Assembly: GCF_009914755.1 (NCBI RefSeq)
Contig: NC_060930.1
Length of the DNA stretch: 64,000 bases
Reading direction: 5' to 3' (one strand)
Source: the human T2T-CHM13v2.0 reference genome, Homo sapiens
Part shown: one piece after another, positions 14,601-30,563 of the stretch
Numbering within the stretch: position 1 is the stretch's first letter
Layout of the letters: each line of letters opens with the position of its first letter
The notes under the pieces: model-generated
Databases searched by the model: none
What the model saw: the letters and a program-made list of their open reading frames with translations, nothing else
What the model was told of the DNA's origin: nothing
Program-made: the position numbers and the translations under genes

Positions 14601-15274
14601 GAGTTTGTTGAATATGCTTCATCCAAAGATAGATTAAAGGCACTTAGCTTTCCTTTAGGAAATCTGCCCATTGGACTTTAGGATCAAAAAAAAAAAAAAA
14701 ACCAGTTAAGGTTAACTCTTCTCTCAGCCAAGAACTATAATTTGCATTTGGCATCTGCCACTTCGAATGAGTAGCTTCCATCTTTCTTGCGTTGGGCACA
14801 GAGATCACATTTGAAGGTGGTTGTCTCTCTACCTTCCGTGCCATTCTTCAAAATGGTAGCGAGAAATCGGAAGGAAATCCAGCATACAGAAAGAGAAACC
14901 CTGTAACAAGGCTGTCTCTCTGAGCTGAGAGTATCTTTCAGGGCTGCAAGGCACACATGGGAGCCAGCCTGAGAAACATCCCAAACAATCGGAAAAGTCC
15001 AGGTATTTCCACTACAGGTAACTTCAGTCTGAACTTCAGTATTTCTTGAGGTCAAAAAAGGCACCATAGAAGGGGAAAAAAATTCAGACCAGCTGTAGTG
15101 TGAGGAAGCCTGGGCAGAAAACAAGCTCATCAAGACAGAGGAAGCAATTCTGTCTTCTTCAAGTTGAAACAAGACCTGCACTCCTCAAAAGGGACACTGC
15201 CCAATAAAGAAAGCATAGGGGGTATAAGAAAACCTCACTCCTCATAAGAACATGCATTTCAAGATGGAAGATGA

Positions 15275-15580
15275 GGCCGGGCACGGTGGCTCATGCCTAT
15301 AATCCTAGCACTTTTAGGAGGCCAAGGCAGGAGGATCACCTGAGGTCAGGAGTTCGAGACCAGCCTGGCCAACATGGTGAAACCCCTCTACTAAACCTCT
15401 ACTAAAAAATACAAAAATTAGCTGGGCCTGGTGGTGCATGCCTGTAATCCCAGCTACTCAGGAGGCTAAGACAGGAGAATCACTTTAACCCAGGAGGTTG
15501 CAGTGAGCCGAGATCACATCACTGCACTCCAGCCTGGGTGACAGAGCAAGACTTCATCTCAAAAAAAAAGGAAAATAAAA
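15275..15580 (+). mobile_element. AluSx-like
   Basis: Full dimer; small internal duplication cctctactaaa x2. Confidence 0.93.
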
Positions 15581-16004
15581 GGATTCAAAGAGTTTTCGAG
15601 ATGATAGACACTTCTCATACACAGTACTAATTTTTAGTTAAAAATGCGTAGCCTTCCCAAGTACATTAAAAATTAACTAAAAGAAGAAAAAGTTGGTTGG
15701 ACCCACTCTTGTTTGGGAAATTTCATTACCCTGAAGTTTCTGAACATACTGTTCTCTATACCAACAAAAGAGAAGACAGTCTATCTAAAAGCAAGTACAA
15801 TGTATTTTTATGGAAATAAACTAGACACAGATTCTAGGCTAAATAGCTAATCATTAAATACACACACAGAGAGTCCTGGCCATTGCCACACCAATGACTA
15901 AACGCCTTTAACAATCAACATCCTGGAGGTCTGAACATTTCCTCCAGGAGCCTAGTGTTTTTACAGCCACCATCTCATTTCTGTACACATTCTCAGAATG
16001 TTCC

Positions 16005-16110
16005 TAGACTATCCCCATTTTGTAAGTATAAAAAGTGAGATGCCAAAACCCACCTAACTGACTTGCCCAAGGTCATAGAGCCATTAGTCAGGGCCTTGAT
16101 GTCAGGCCTG
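16005..16110. mobile_element. MIR fragment
   Basis: atccccattttgtaag...taactgacttgcccaaggtcatagagc. Confidence 0.6.
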
Positions 16111-16529
16111 CAGAGCACACAGCAAACTACCTGTGCCTCTTGGGGGCCAGCATCACAAAAATTATATTTGAACCTTTCAACAACCATTTTGGACACGATC
16201 TTTCTCCAAACCACATTGTAATAAAGTTGTCACTTTGGTTCCAAGAATACTCTTTGATGGCGAAGAGTTGAACAAGCCTCTTCCTCTATCAAAACTGGTT
16301 CGCCCAGACATCCTAGCTCAACAGGTGGGAGGAAGGGCAAATCTGGGAACCAGGACCTGCAAACAGAGCCAACTCAAAACAGAATCCAATCATCACCCTA
16401 GCAAGTTTCCTCAACCTGGGTGTGAGATTGATTCCCATTCTGGGCATAAGTCAGAACCTTTACTCTCAGTGTAAACAGCAACCAAACAGCAAAATCCTAA
16501 GACGTTTTCTCAACATCCCTTAAAATTCA

Positions 16530-16990
16530 TTGCTCGTTCATTCCTACAAGGCCCTTCAGGTTCCTGCCTCAGTTCTTGGCCTCAGGCATCTTGAACTAAT
16601 ACTAGCCAGGGAATGTTCTGTGCTCTCTCTCACCTCTGGGTCTTTGCACATTCGTGTCTCCATCCAGAAAACTGACTTCTTGGTACCCTCGTCTACACCA
16701 CTCCTTACACACCCAGCTTCTCCCCATCTTAGAGGTCACTTCTTCCAGGAATCCCTCCTGGCCTCTCTCAGTTATGTGTTTCTTTATCACCCTGTATTCC
16801 TCCTATCATAGGACACAAAATGACCCTCCACATGTAATTACCTGGTAACTTGTCTGCCTCCTCTATTTAAACCATAAACTCCATGAGGGTGGGAGCTGGG
16901 TCTGTCCTCTTAGCCATTGTATCTCTAGCACCCTGCATAGCATCAGGTTGTGGATAAATGAGCAAGTGAATACATGAAATTAATAAACAT
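16530..16990 (+). mobile_element. L2 3' fragment
   Basis: gtcacttcttccaggaatccctcc...taaactccatgagggtgggagctgggtctgtc...aatgagcaagtgaatacatgaa. Confidence 0.65.
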
Positions 16991-17337
16991 CTATGGTTTA
17001 CCATTACAGCAGGCCTGCTGCTGGACACAGGATAGAAAGATAAACTTATGCCCTCTGCCTTCAGACAAATTGTCATCTATCAATCCATAATGATTTCTTA
17101 TCTTTATTTCACATATAGATAGACTTTTATAAAAACAGCTACCCAACATGAGCCCTGAAGCTGATTCTCACTAGAATGAGAATGTCCTTCTCTGTGCTGT
17201 CAGTGGTGTCTCTGAAATGTTTAGATCCAGACTTGGCCTTTAAACTCCTGCTTTGTGAGAATCAACAAATAGATGAGAATACTCTGTATTACAAGCAAGC
17301 ATCGTGCCTGCTGGCTTTAGGCTCCCCAAAGAAATGA

Positions 17338-17694
<357 letters not shown>

Positions 17695-17911
17695 TGAATA
17701 GGAATAAACGTAGAGTAAGAAGTGAGACAGAGGTTTTTGTTTTGTTTGCAGCTGTCCTTTCCACAAAAGAACTACAAAAAACACAGCACCTCCATCCCTT
17801 CTGCCTTCTAAACTAAAAAGGAACGCAGTCCACAGGCCTTTGACTTTATCTTTCTGAGCTGTTTCTAAACTAGGCTCCACCCCACCCAACCCCTTGTACC
17901 ATTACCCAAGT

Positions 17912-18098
17912 CTGTGGTTCTCAAAGGTGGTCCAAGGACCAGCAGCATCAGCATCATCTAAGAACTTATGAGAAATGCAGATTCTCAGGCCCCACTCCGA
18001 CACACTGAATCAGAAATACTGGGGTGGGGCCCGGCCATCAGTGTTTTTATCAAGGGCTCTAGGGAATTCTGATACACACTCAAATTTGAGAGCCACTG
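17912..18098 (+). mobile_element. MER5A, near full length
   Basis: TIRs ctgtggttctcaaa/tttgagagccactg; internal gaaatgcagattctcaggcccc...actgaatcagaa. Confidence 0.9.
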
Positions 18099-18104
18099 CC
18101 TAGT

Positions 18105-18305
18105 TCCTTATCACAGCACTTACTGCAAGCTGAGTTGTCTTGCTTATTTATTTAGATGTCTTATTTCTTGTCCTCCTTCACTGGAGGATTTCAGCTGCAT
18201 GAAAGCTGGGACCTTGTCTATGTGGCTCAGGGCTCTGCACCTTCTGTGACTTAGAAAGTGGCCATCACGTAATAGGTGCACAGTAAATATTTTTCAAATA
18301 AACAA
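18105..18305 (+). mobile_element. L2 3' end remnant
   Basis: ctgggaccttgtct...taggtgcacagtaaatattt. Confidence 0.55.
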
Positions 18306-18923
18306 ACAAATCTTCCAATGTTTGCTTGTTTTCCTCAATTTCCAAGGAGCTGGCCCTGAACAATCCCAGAAGTTAAAGCACCCTTGTGAGTCATCTGGGC
18401 AAGCAGCTGGTTATCTACTGGGTGATAAGGCTCCAAGGACAGGAGGTGAATGCTGCACAGCCTGACCCCATGTCCCCTTCGCCCAAATCCCCAAGGCTGG
18501 AGTGCCCCTTCACAATCGTGCTGAACTCACCTTTCCCTATTTCAGAGGCCTGATGTTGTTCCACCACCGAGACATCCTGGACTCATGAATGGATTCAGGA
18601 TCACCAAGGAGATTCCTTGTACAGGTGAACCAACTCTTAGCTGCCCATTCCTCTGCAGAGTCCTCCCTCCCTCAGGGCACCCTCCCCTTCTCCACTAACT
18701 ACCACACCCAGGGAAGCAGAAGCCAGTTGTCACTATGATGCATAAAGTCCCATCTCCAGGTTACATAGCCGAATTGTTTGAGAAGTTCTTCCCTTATTAG
18801 TCGAAAGGGCAGGAAAGGCAGATCTTGGGGGAAGAGACAAGAGAAACAGCCATTCAGAAAAAAGAAAGATCATCGCTGCTTCTCACACCAACCGGTGCTC
18901 ATTTTATCTCAGGGAAACACTCA

Positions 18924-19564
<641 letters not shown>

Positions 19565-21888
19565 TTAATATTAACGAGCACTGAGCACCTTCAGGTTCCC
19601 AAGGCCCCTGTGGAAGGTGGGATGCTGACTCACAGCCTACGTGGCAGCCACATGTTTCCACAGCTCCCAGCAGCAGCAGCCAGCAGGCGCCTCCTATGTC
19701 CTACGGGCTAACAGGAGGAGACCCCTGATTAGGGCAAGGAAGGGGAAGTTGCTGTTTTCAATGTCTCCATTGGAGGAGGGAGGCTGGAGGGGCTGTTAGC
19801 AATGGAGGGAGAAGGAATTCTGAGCAGCTTCACAAAAAGCTTCCATGAGATGGCTTCCCACTGTCCCCTCTGCCTTTTACATCTCTAAAGGATTGATCCG
19901 CTTTTACCCAATCACACCAACTAACACGCAAGGGGAGGTTGGGATGTCGTGGCATGAAGATTTACAAAAAGCGCACTGGCACAAACGAGGAAGGGCTTAA
20001 TGCTACCCTGCAGGATGCTCAGGACCTCCAAAGAGAGCGTGAGGATTCCAAAGGCCAAGTCCCCAGGTCAATCTGCCACTCACTCCACCCTCACCCTCTG
20101 TCCAAACAGCACCTGGGGCTTTCAGGTTGAAAGGTCTCTAGGTGAGGATGGGGATACTGGGCTCCCTTCTTCCTGCCCCCTGTGTGCCTCTCATCAAAAC
20201 CAAATGAAAACGTGATGTACAATTACAAACACAAGAGACAGTAGGACCAACAAACTTAAATCTCATTATCCTGAATGGAAGCTTGCCCTGCTTCTCGGGG
20301 ATGCCTTTGAATCTAAGAGACTGGGAGATGCTGAGACAGGCATGGGTATGTTGGCACGCGTGCAGCCATCCTCTCTACTGTGATGTTCCCAAGAGTGTTA
20401 GAAACCTCAATGAGTTCAAATAAAGCCACTCCCACCCCTGAGCAAGGGGTACTGGAGGAAGGTGAAATCGGCTCAGGGTAGTTCAGGGAGGAAGGCGAGA
20501 ACCACCCCTGGGCAGAAGGGAGGATGCCAGGCACCGGCCACAGTCAATCTAGCCCTCGGCCACAGCCCTGAAATAAAGCCCTGGCTTTCGGGAGCTGGAA
20601 CTCACATCGCTTCTGCGCCGCTGCAACATGCCTGGATGCTCTGCGCTGTGGGCGCTGGCTCATCGCCCCTCTGATTCACACCGTTATTAAACCAGCACTC
20701 GGGCAAGAAGCAAAATCGTCCAGGGCCCAGCACTCTGGGCAAAAACTGAAGAGCACGCAACCTCAGAATACACGGATGGGGAAACAAATGGTGTGGCTGC
20801 TCAGCCCACTTTCCGTTCCAAATGATGTCTACATGTCCCCCTGGAGCAGAGGAAAGCCACAGGTGGAGAAGCCGAGCTCTCTCTGGACTACACTGGCTTC
20901 TCCCTGGCATCACCCTTTCCCATTGCTGTGACGCCCTGACTTAAGCACCAGAACTAACCCACGGGGCCGCAGCATCCCTCGCCAGCCCATGCCCCAGCTG
21001 CAGGTGACATCACGTGGCTGACATCAGGCCTGCAGTCTGGGTTAGCTGTGCTGGGGGCCCAGAAGCTGTGGCTCCCTCGCACGACCCTGGTTTCGACAGT
21101 GGGTTAAAGTTCAGAAGCGGCCTGGTAAAAACATCCCTGGTGATAAGCTGCACCTTTCCTGGCAGATAACCCCAGCACGAGTGAAAACATTTTACAACAC
21201 CTCTGAGCTGTTCTTCCAGTAGCCTCACTCATGAAGGCCTCTAACCAGCCTTTCTGTATTGATCACCAATTACAACTGCATTAACAGAATTTTAACATTT
21301 TTTTCCAAAATAAACAATGAGCTTGGCGTTTTATTTTCCAACACACTGCTTCAACATCTAGCTTATTTTTAGTGAAATAAACCACCCTTCTTCCAAGCAG
21401 TGTTTTCAGAGGTAAAGTCAAGGAGATTTTTCTGCTTTCAGGCTGCTCGTGGAATCAGGGTTTAGGATTCACCAAGCGGACCTAGGAAATGTTGATATTC
21501 AGAGTCACCCCTGAGCTCCAGTTGCTGGCATCAGGGAGACAGGCATAGGGCTCTTCCAAGGGGACTTGAACTTTGTCGTCTAGCCAAAATGTTCAACCGG
21601 ACCTAGAATCTTTAAGGATCCTCTAGCATGGGCCATCAAAACATCCAAAGGGGAGACTGTTACTAGGTGTAGCTGACTTGGGGTAAGGGGGTACAGGATA
21701 CAAAAATGCAACCCAAGCCTTTGTGAGCTTCCAGGGGAGTTCAAAAGACAAGAGCAAAACACAGAAAAGGTAACAGAAATACAGAGTTGTTGGACCCAAG
21801 GCCTCTCCAATATGGTCATTGTTTAGATGGAAAGCGAGCAGCTTAGATTTTTAAAAGCGGGTTGGGGGTTTGCATAGAAGACAGGGCA

Positions 21889-22025
21889 GGCCAGGAGCAG
21901 TGGCTGTCACTTGCAATCCTGCCACTTTGGGAGGCCAAGGTGGGAGGATCACTTGAGCCCAGGACATGGAGAGATTCCATCTCTCTAAAAGAAAAAAAAT
22001 CTTTTTAATTTAAAAAATAATAAAG
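21889..22025 (+). mobile_element. FLAM/Alu monomer
   Basis: Single arm with A tail. Confidence 0.8.
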
Positions 22026-22129
22026 AAGAGTAATCATTGTGGGCTGTGGGTTTGGAAAGGGATGGTGAGACAAAGAACTTACTAAAGAGGCTTTGAATCA
22101 GAATGGAAAACAGCTGCTACTCTCCCAAC

Positions 22130-22620
22130 TGCATCCCAGCCTCCTGACTCTCTTTCTCCACACTCCCCCTGGGCAATCTCACCCACAGCTTCAACTACTA
22201 CCTCGACAGGATGACTCATAAACCTTTATCTCCAGTCTGGCCCTTTCTCCTCAATGCCAGACTCCAGTGGTCTGTGAGGTAACTTCCCTCCATCCCAACT
22301 AGAGACTCTAACTTACCGTCTTTTTTCTCTCTGCTGTGCCTGCTTTGGCTACCCTCCTATCTCCCATTGCTATGCACCTACCAAAGGGAGAGGCCCACAC
22401 AGACAACCTGGGTTCATCCTAGTCTCCTCCTCCTGATGCCCCGTGTCCAAGCCCAGCCCGCCATACCCTCTAATTGACTCACAAGCCAGCCCTCCTGTCC
22501 ACCCCAGGCGCATGTTGTCTTAGTCTCAAGTACTCATTATTTCTGTTGCCTTCTCTCAGGTTGCCCAGACTCTGGTCTTGGTACCCTCTGACTTTTCATA
22601 ACAGGTCAGTCTTGCTAAAA
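22130..22620 (+). mobile_element. L2 remnant
   Basis: ccctgggcaatctcacccacagcttcaactac...atgactcataaacctttatctccag. Confidence 0.55.
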
Positions 22621-22633
22621 CAGTCTTCTACTT

Positions 22634-22945
<312 letters not shown>

Positions 22946-23409
22946 AATCTTCTACTAAGCCCTTCAGCGGTGAACGCACGTGAAACCCTCTCTTCAAAGC
23001 GTGGCCATAAACTGAGAGACCTGGGCTTTGCCCCAAGGCACCGAACTATAGTGTGCACAGCATTTTAAAATAACGATTTTAAAAGCTTAGCATGTACTTA
23101 GCAAGACTAATTAGTTCAAATAGGAAGCTGCCAGATGGTGCATATTATTAATGACACCCATTGGAAGGCCCCCCAAGAACGCTCTGAGTTGATTTGAAAG
23201 TGCTATTTCCTGTTGCTTCCCCTGCACCCACATAGTTCATTTGGGATCTGCAGATGAGACTTTCAAGGTCAGGCCCAGCTACCTTCCAGCCTCCAGGTAC
23301 ACCAAGTTCCACTCAGTTTTGATCCACTTGAGAGTATTGGAATGGACCGTGCTCTCTCCTCCCTCCATGCCTGACCATGATGTGGTCCCCTCTGATTTCC
23401 CTGGTGACC

Positions 23410-23622
23410 CAGTGATTCTCCATCAGGGCCAATTTTGTCTCCCAGCAATGCCTGGAGACTTTTTTCATGAACACGACCTGGAGAATGCAGGGTTGCTATC
23501 ACCAGCATCTAGTGAGTAGAGGCCCGGGATGTTGCTAAACATCCTGCAGTGCACAGGGCAGCCCCCCACCGCAGAGAATTATCCAGCCCAGAATGTCAAT
23601 AGTGCTGAGGTGGAGAACCCTG
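23410..23622 (+). mobile_element. MER20 hAT-Charlie MITE
   Basis: cagtgattctc...gcatctagtgagtagaggcccgggatgttgctaaacatcctgcagtgcacagg...aatgtcaatagtgctgaggtggagaaccctg. Confidence 0.9.
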
Positions 23623-23639
23623 GTCCAGATTCAGCTTGA

Positions 23640-24102
<463 letters not shown>

Positions 24103-24586
24103 ATGTCTTCTTAATCTCTTTATGACACGGAACATAACACCTCGTAAGGTCTCAGTGACTGACATGCAAAGAAAAAAATAACTGCGTCTGTTCAAGGCCA
24201 GAAGTAATTATACAATGCACCTGAGAATAACGTCTACCCACCAAGATTCACACTCTCTTATTTACACTATCACGAGTGACAAGCAACGTATAATCACTAG
24301 TGACATTTAATATATGAAGACTGCCATGTGCTAAGTATCCCAAAGAACATAGATTTTAGACACGATTGTTTTTCACTTCAGCTTACACATTAAAACTAGC
24401 TGGTGAGTCAGTATATCAAGGTCAAAAGAGTATTTCAAATATCAACTATTGCTCTTAGCCAACTACAAAAAATACATATCCGTGCTCAGTGCATGTGCTG
24501 CCTTGAGAAAAGTGAGGAAATGGAGACAGGAACGTCAGTCAGAAGAACACGTTCTTGGGAAGACTGTATAAAAGAAAAAGCCCTCA

Positions 24587-24934
<348 letters not shown>

Positions 24935-25646
24935 TCATGTCTCCATAGCCAGTGAGTATAAGAAGAAGATGCTGAAATACAAAGTACAGGAGAGTTACCT
25001 AGAAGTTCTTGAACTTAAAAATCTTTCCTGGATGATGGCCCTAATGTGATATGGTGCAAAGTTGGTGCCTATTGACCAAAGGGGAAGTGCCTACAGTTCT
25101 GCAGGTCAAGGTCATGAACTTTCTCTCCACGGTTTCCAGTCCAAATTAGGTTGCTCCATATAATCCTGGAACACAACCTATTTTAGTCTCCTCTAGTTCC
25201 AGTTTCTTTTTTTTTTTTTTGATTTGAGACCAAGTTCCATAGTAGTAGATAAAGAGTTGCAAAAGAATCCTCAACCCTTATCTTTTAGTCCCCAAATTAG
25301 ACTGGGCCTAACCTCCTTGGTAGCTTCTTAAGTACCATTATCAAAGAGACAAATAAGAAACCTCAGGCTGAAGACAGATTCACCAGTGGAGCCAAAGTTA
25401 TCATCGGAAGTGGCGTTCTCTCCCATGGGAGGGCCAGGGCAGTAAAGGGTCAGGAACAGGAAGCTCCTATACAAGAGCCTTGTTCTGGCTTCACCTCTGC
25501 TAGTAGAGAAACATACAGCACCTGCTCACAGCCCATTGCAGTTGGCACAGGGCTTTCTTGTGCATCATCAGCTTTTATTTTAAGCCTCTCAGCTTCCCTT
25601 GATAAATACAACGTAGTCAGTGCCGTGTGACAGAATCACGTGGAGC

Positions 25647-25695
25647 CAAGCAGAGGGTCACTTCAAAAACAAGCAGAGGGTCACTTCAAAAACAA
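25647..25695 (+). repeat. Perfect 23-bp tandem duplication
   Basis: caagcagagggtcacttcaaaaa x2. Confidence 0.9.
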
Positions 25696-25702
25696 TCGTT
25701 CT

Positions 25703-25978
25703 GACTGGGTGCGGTGGCTCATGCCTGTAATCCCAACAATTTGGGAGGCTGAGGTGGGTGGATCACCTGAGTCCAGAAGTTTGAGACCAGCCTAGGCAAC
25801 ACAGTAAAATCCCAACTCTGCAAAAAATTAGCTGGGGGTGGTCGTGTGCACCTGTAGTCCCAGCTACTCAGGAGGCTGAGGTAAGAGGATCCATTGAGCC
25901 CAGGAGTCTAAAGCTGCAGTGAGCCGTGATCGTGTCACTGCACTCCAGCCTGGGCAACAGAGCAAGACTCTGTCTCCA
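25703..25978 (+). mobile_element. AluJ/S
   Basis: Dimer with (TCAA) tail. Confidence 0.9.
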
Positions 25979-26168
25979 TCAATCAATCTATTTTTAAAAA
26001 GTGTTCTGCTTGTCACTGGCAAGCACAACATCAGCCACGCTTTAAAAACCTCTCTAAAACAGCCACATGGAACTAAATTCTCCCTTTCTTCTACCCCAGA
26101 ACTTTAGGGGAAGAGAGGAGGTGATGTACCACTGGTTCCAAAACCTAATCAGAAAGAATCTGTTCCTA

Positions 26169-26461
26169 GGCAGGAGAGGTGGCTCATGCTTATTAATCCT
26201 AGCACTTTGGGAGGCCGAGGCGGGCAGATGGCTTGAGCTCAGGAGTTCAAGACCAGCCTGGCTAACATCGCAAAACTCTGTCTCTACTAAAACTACAAAA
26301 AAATGAGCTGGGCGTGGTGGTGTGTGCCTGTAATCCCAGCCACTCAGGAGGCTGAGGCAGGAGAATTGCTTGAACCTGGGAGGCAGTGGTCACAGTGAGC
26401 CGAGATCACGCCACTGTACTCCAGCCTGGGTGACAGAGTAAGATTCTGTCTCAAAAAAAAA
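26169..26461 (+). mobile_element. AluS
   Basis: TSD aaagaatctgttcc. Confidence 0.92.
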
Positions 26462-26816
26462 GAATCTGTTCCATTTTCAGACACTTACTGAGCACCTTTA
26501 CATACCACCTTCCAGATGCCTGCACAGTTTGTTATAAGAATTTTAACTTGCATAATAAGTATATACTTATTTGATTTCAAAGCAAAGCAAAGGGTAAAAA
26601 CTTAGATTAAGGAATAATTTTTCCTAATAAGTTCAACAAACATTTGGAATAAGTGAGGAAATTAACTTTGTTATTGAATATATAACTGCTATGTCACATT
26701 TGCACAGAAAGCCACAAGTCTGGTCCAAGGAATTTATTTGTTACAAGATCACTTTCAATAGAGCAGGGAGAGTTTGGTTTCTGTTTGGTCAAATATTTCT
26801 ATGTATTAGAGTTCAA

Positions 26817-27154
26817 AGTGGGCACAGTGACTCACTCCTGTAATCCCCACATTTTGGGAGTCTGAGGCAGGAGGATCTCTTGAGCCCAGAGTTTGAGACC
26901 AGTCTGGGCAACAGAGTGAAACCCATTCTCTAAAAAAAAAAAGAAAGAAAAGAAAAGAAAAATGTATATACACAAAAATTAGCTGGGTATGGTGCTGCAC
27001 GCCTATAGTCTCAGCTACTCAGGAGGCTGAGGTGGGAGGATCACTTGGGCCCAGGAAGTTGAGACTGCACTGAACCATGATTGTGCCACTGCACTCCAGC
27101 CTGAGCAGCAACAGAGTGAGACCCTGTCTTAAAAAAAAAAAAAAAAAAAAAAAA
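26817..27154 (+). mobile_element. AluJ
   Basis: Expanded linker; TSD agttcaaa. Confidence 0.9.
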
Positions 27155-27344
27155 AGTTCAAAATGAATCCTAAACCTAAAGCTGTTTGGATGAGAAAACT
27201 TGAAGAAAAGAGATTTTTGTTTGGCACGTAACCTGTTATATATGGCCATTGCACATTTTACACGGTGTTCCTGTTGTTTCCCTATAGCTTTAATCGAGCA
27301 GCTGAAGGTGCCCAATAAATTACCACACATATTAAAAAGGTGCC

Positions 27345-27980
27345 TATCATGGTTGGTGAGAATGTAAAATGGCCCAGCCTCTGTGGAAACCAGTTTGAGG
27401 GTTTCTCAAAAAGTTAAACAGAGAATGACCACAGGACTCAGCAATTCTCCTCTGGGTGTACGCCCGGGGGAATTGAAAGCAGAGACTTGAACAGATGCTT
27501 GTACACCCGTGTTCATAGCAGCACTATTGGCAATAGCCAAAAGATGGACCCCACCCAGGTGTCCATCGGCGGGTGAGTGGATGAAGAAAATGTAGTCTAT
27601 CCACACCGTGGAATATGATTCAGCCTTAACAAGGAAGGCCATTCTGACCCATGCTACAGCATGCATGCGCCTCAAAGACATTATACGCAGTGAAATAAGC
27701 CAGACACAGAAGGACAAATGTCCTTCCACTCGTACGAGGCACCTACGATCATCAAATTCCTAGAGACAGAAAATAGAATGGTGGTTGCCCGGGGCTGGAG
27801 GGAGGGAAAAATGGGAAGCAATTGTTTAATGGGGACAGAGTTTCAGTTTGGGAAGATGAAAAAGTCCTAGAGATGAATGGTGGTGATAGTAGCAGGACAA
27901 CATGAATGCATTTAATGCCACTGAGTTGGAAGAATAGTTGAAATGGTAAATTTTATGTATGTTTTACTGTAATAAAGGAA
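27345..27980 (+). mobile_element. L1MB 3' end
   Basis: gttggtgagaatgtaaaatgg...cagtgaaataagccagacacagaaggacaaat...gtttcagtttgggaagatgaaaaag. Confidence 0.85.
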
Positions 27981-28762
27981 AAGAAAAGCAGAGCCTGCCC
28001 TGAGGATAATCCAACCCTCCAAACCCTTAATGCCTGGGGCCACCCAGGCACTGATCCTTCCTACCCAGACCTTAAAAACCGTCACCCTCATAGGCAACAG
28101 GGAGATACTCAAAGGCTTTGGAGGATGGGAATTTACCCCAGCCGGACAAGTTTAACACATTTCATAAAGGAGAAAGAAAGGGCCTGAAGAGACCTCGTTT
28201 TCCAAGACTGAACTCATAACTCCAACAGTGTTGATATAAGCCAAAGTGCCTAAGTACCTAGTGTATCTCACTGGTAGGACAAAGGTGACACTTTCTTCCT
28301 ACCTTTCCCAGGCCCTTCTGAAGTATGGGGACAGGAGATGGTCCCTCACCTCCAGCTGCCCATGGTTCTTACTAAAACTGTGAGGGAGAGGAAGGAGCTT
28401 ATGTGCAAAAGGAAAAGTGTCAGTAGAGCACAAAGAGGAAGGGAGGAAAGGTAAATTCGTGTAAACAGCTGGGACCAACAAGCTGGTACCAGAGCACAAT
28501 GACTGTGTCTGTGATTCACTAATCCAAGAAATCAGGATTAGGGCGTGGAAGGAGGAATTCGTGTTTCTGGAAGTCCGTCCACAAAATTGTAGCCTCTTGT
28601 CTTGAAGCAGCATTGCACACTGTAGCTGGAAAAAAAATTATATCAGCTCCAGAAGTACTAGCAACATGCAGGGAAGCACAGAGCAGGAGATTTAGGGTAA
28701 ACAGCACAAGGAGCTTCTCCCAAGGAATACCTATTGTACTGCACTTTCAGCTTCACTACTTA

Positions 28763-29040
<278 letters not shown>

Positions 29041-29177
29041 ACAGATTTTTACATGCTACCTGACAGTATTTTGTTACCCCTTTAACAAAACATAACAATT
29101 TTTAAAAGAAGTTGCACAAAGGAAGTATTCTGCAAGCTTTAAATTGCTATGTAACTTGTAATTGTTAGCTAACTTGT

Positions 29178-29565
29178 TTATCAGTCTGCTAGGGCTGCCA
29201 GAACAGAAGACCACAGGCTGGGTGACTTAAACAGCAGAAATTTATTTTGTCACAATTTGGAGGCTAGAGGTCCAAGACCAAGGTGCCAGCAGGGCTGGTT
29301 CCTGGTGAGGCCTCTCTTCCTGGCCTGCAGACAGCTGTCTTCTCACCGCATCTTCACGTGGCCTTTCCCCTGTGATTGCGCCCAGAGAGATCACTGGTGT
29401 CTTCCTCTTCTTATAAAGACACCAATTCTGTCCGATTAGGGCCCCATCCTTCTTATCTCATTTAATCATAATTATCTTTTTTAAAGCCCGTCTCCAAATA
29501 TAGTCACACTGGGGGCTGGAGCTTCTGCATAGGAACTTTGGGGAAATCCAGTCCAATCCATAACA
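29178..29565 (-). mobile_element. MLT1A-type MaLR LTR
   Basis: ctagggctgcc...cttaaacagcagaaatttatt...ggaggctagaggtccaagaccaaggtgccagcagg...cttataaagacacc. Confidence 0.85.
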
Positions 29566-29599
29566 ACTTGCTGCACTATTTACCTTGCAGTTTATAGTT

Positions 29600-29780
29600 T
29601 TCAAAGCACTCTCATATTTCATTTATTATCCTTGCAACACATCTGGAGATAGACAAGCACGTGTTGCCCCATTATACAGAGGAGGAATCCAAGGGCCAGG
29701 GGATTCCACAACTCACCAGGGATACGAAACTGTTAAGTAGCAGAGCAAGAAATCAAATCCAGGTCTGTGGGACTCCAAGA
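29600..29780. mobile_element. MIR
   Basis: cccattatacagaggaggaatccaagg...taagtagcagagcaagaaatcaaatccaggtctg. Confidence 0.65.
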
Positions 29781-30165
29781 TCCTTCACAAAAATAAAAAA
29801 GTCACTGGTTCCAGTAGAATCATATACAATGTACTTAGTACTTGCGTGACACTTCACCAGGGGGAGTACAAAAGTGGGAGACCCCACTGGAAGGAAAAGC
29901 AGGTGGCCTTGGGAGTCAGAAACACAAGCACCTGTGCCCATGCGTACACAATGCCAAACTTCCCTGCCTTCTTGCCTTCTCTCATATACAGCTTCCCTTC
30001 TGTACAGAAGTTAGGTGACCTCTGCTCCCCCAAGGCCTCATAGCCCACAATGAGTTGCCCTCTTCCGAGATGTGTCTACCACTTGCTTGAAAACAAATCC
30101 CTTTCTGCCTAGAGAGTGGTTCAGTTTCATGGATCTCAGCCATCCCTGCTCGCACCTAAGTCTGA

Positions 30166-30563
<398 letters not shown>

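Noticed and set aside
14735-15181. 148-aa minus ORF ending ...KKDGSYSFEVADAKCKL, with a possible acceptor at 14900
   Set aside because: No recognisable homology, weak pyrimidine tract and no clear partner exons; a tBLASTn/PhyloCSF hit would reopen it.
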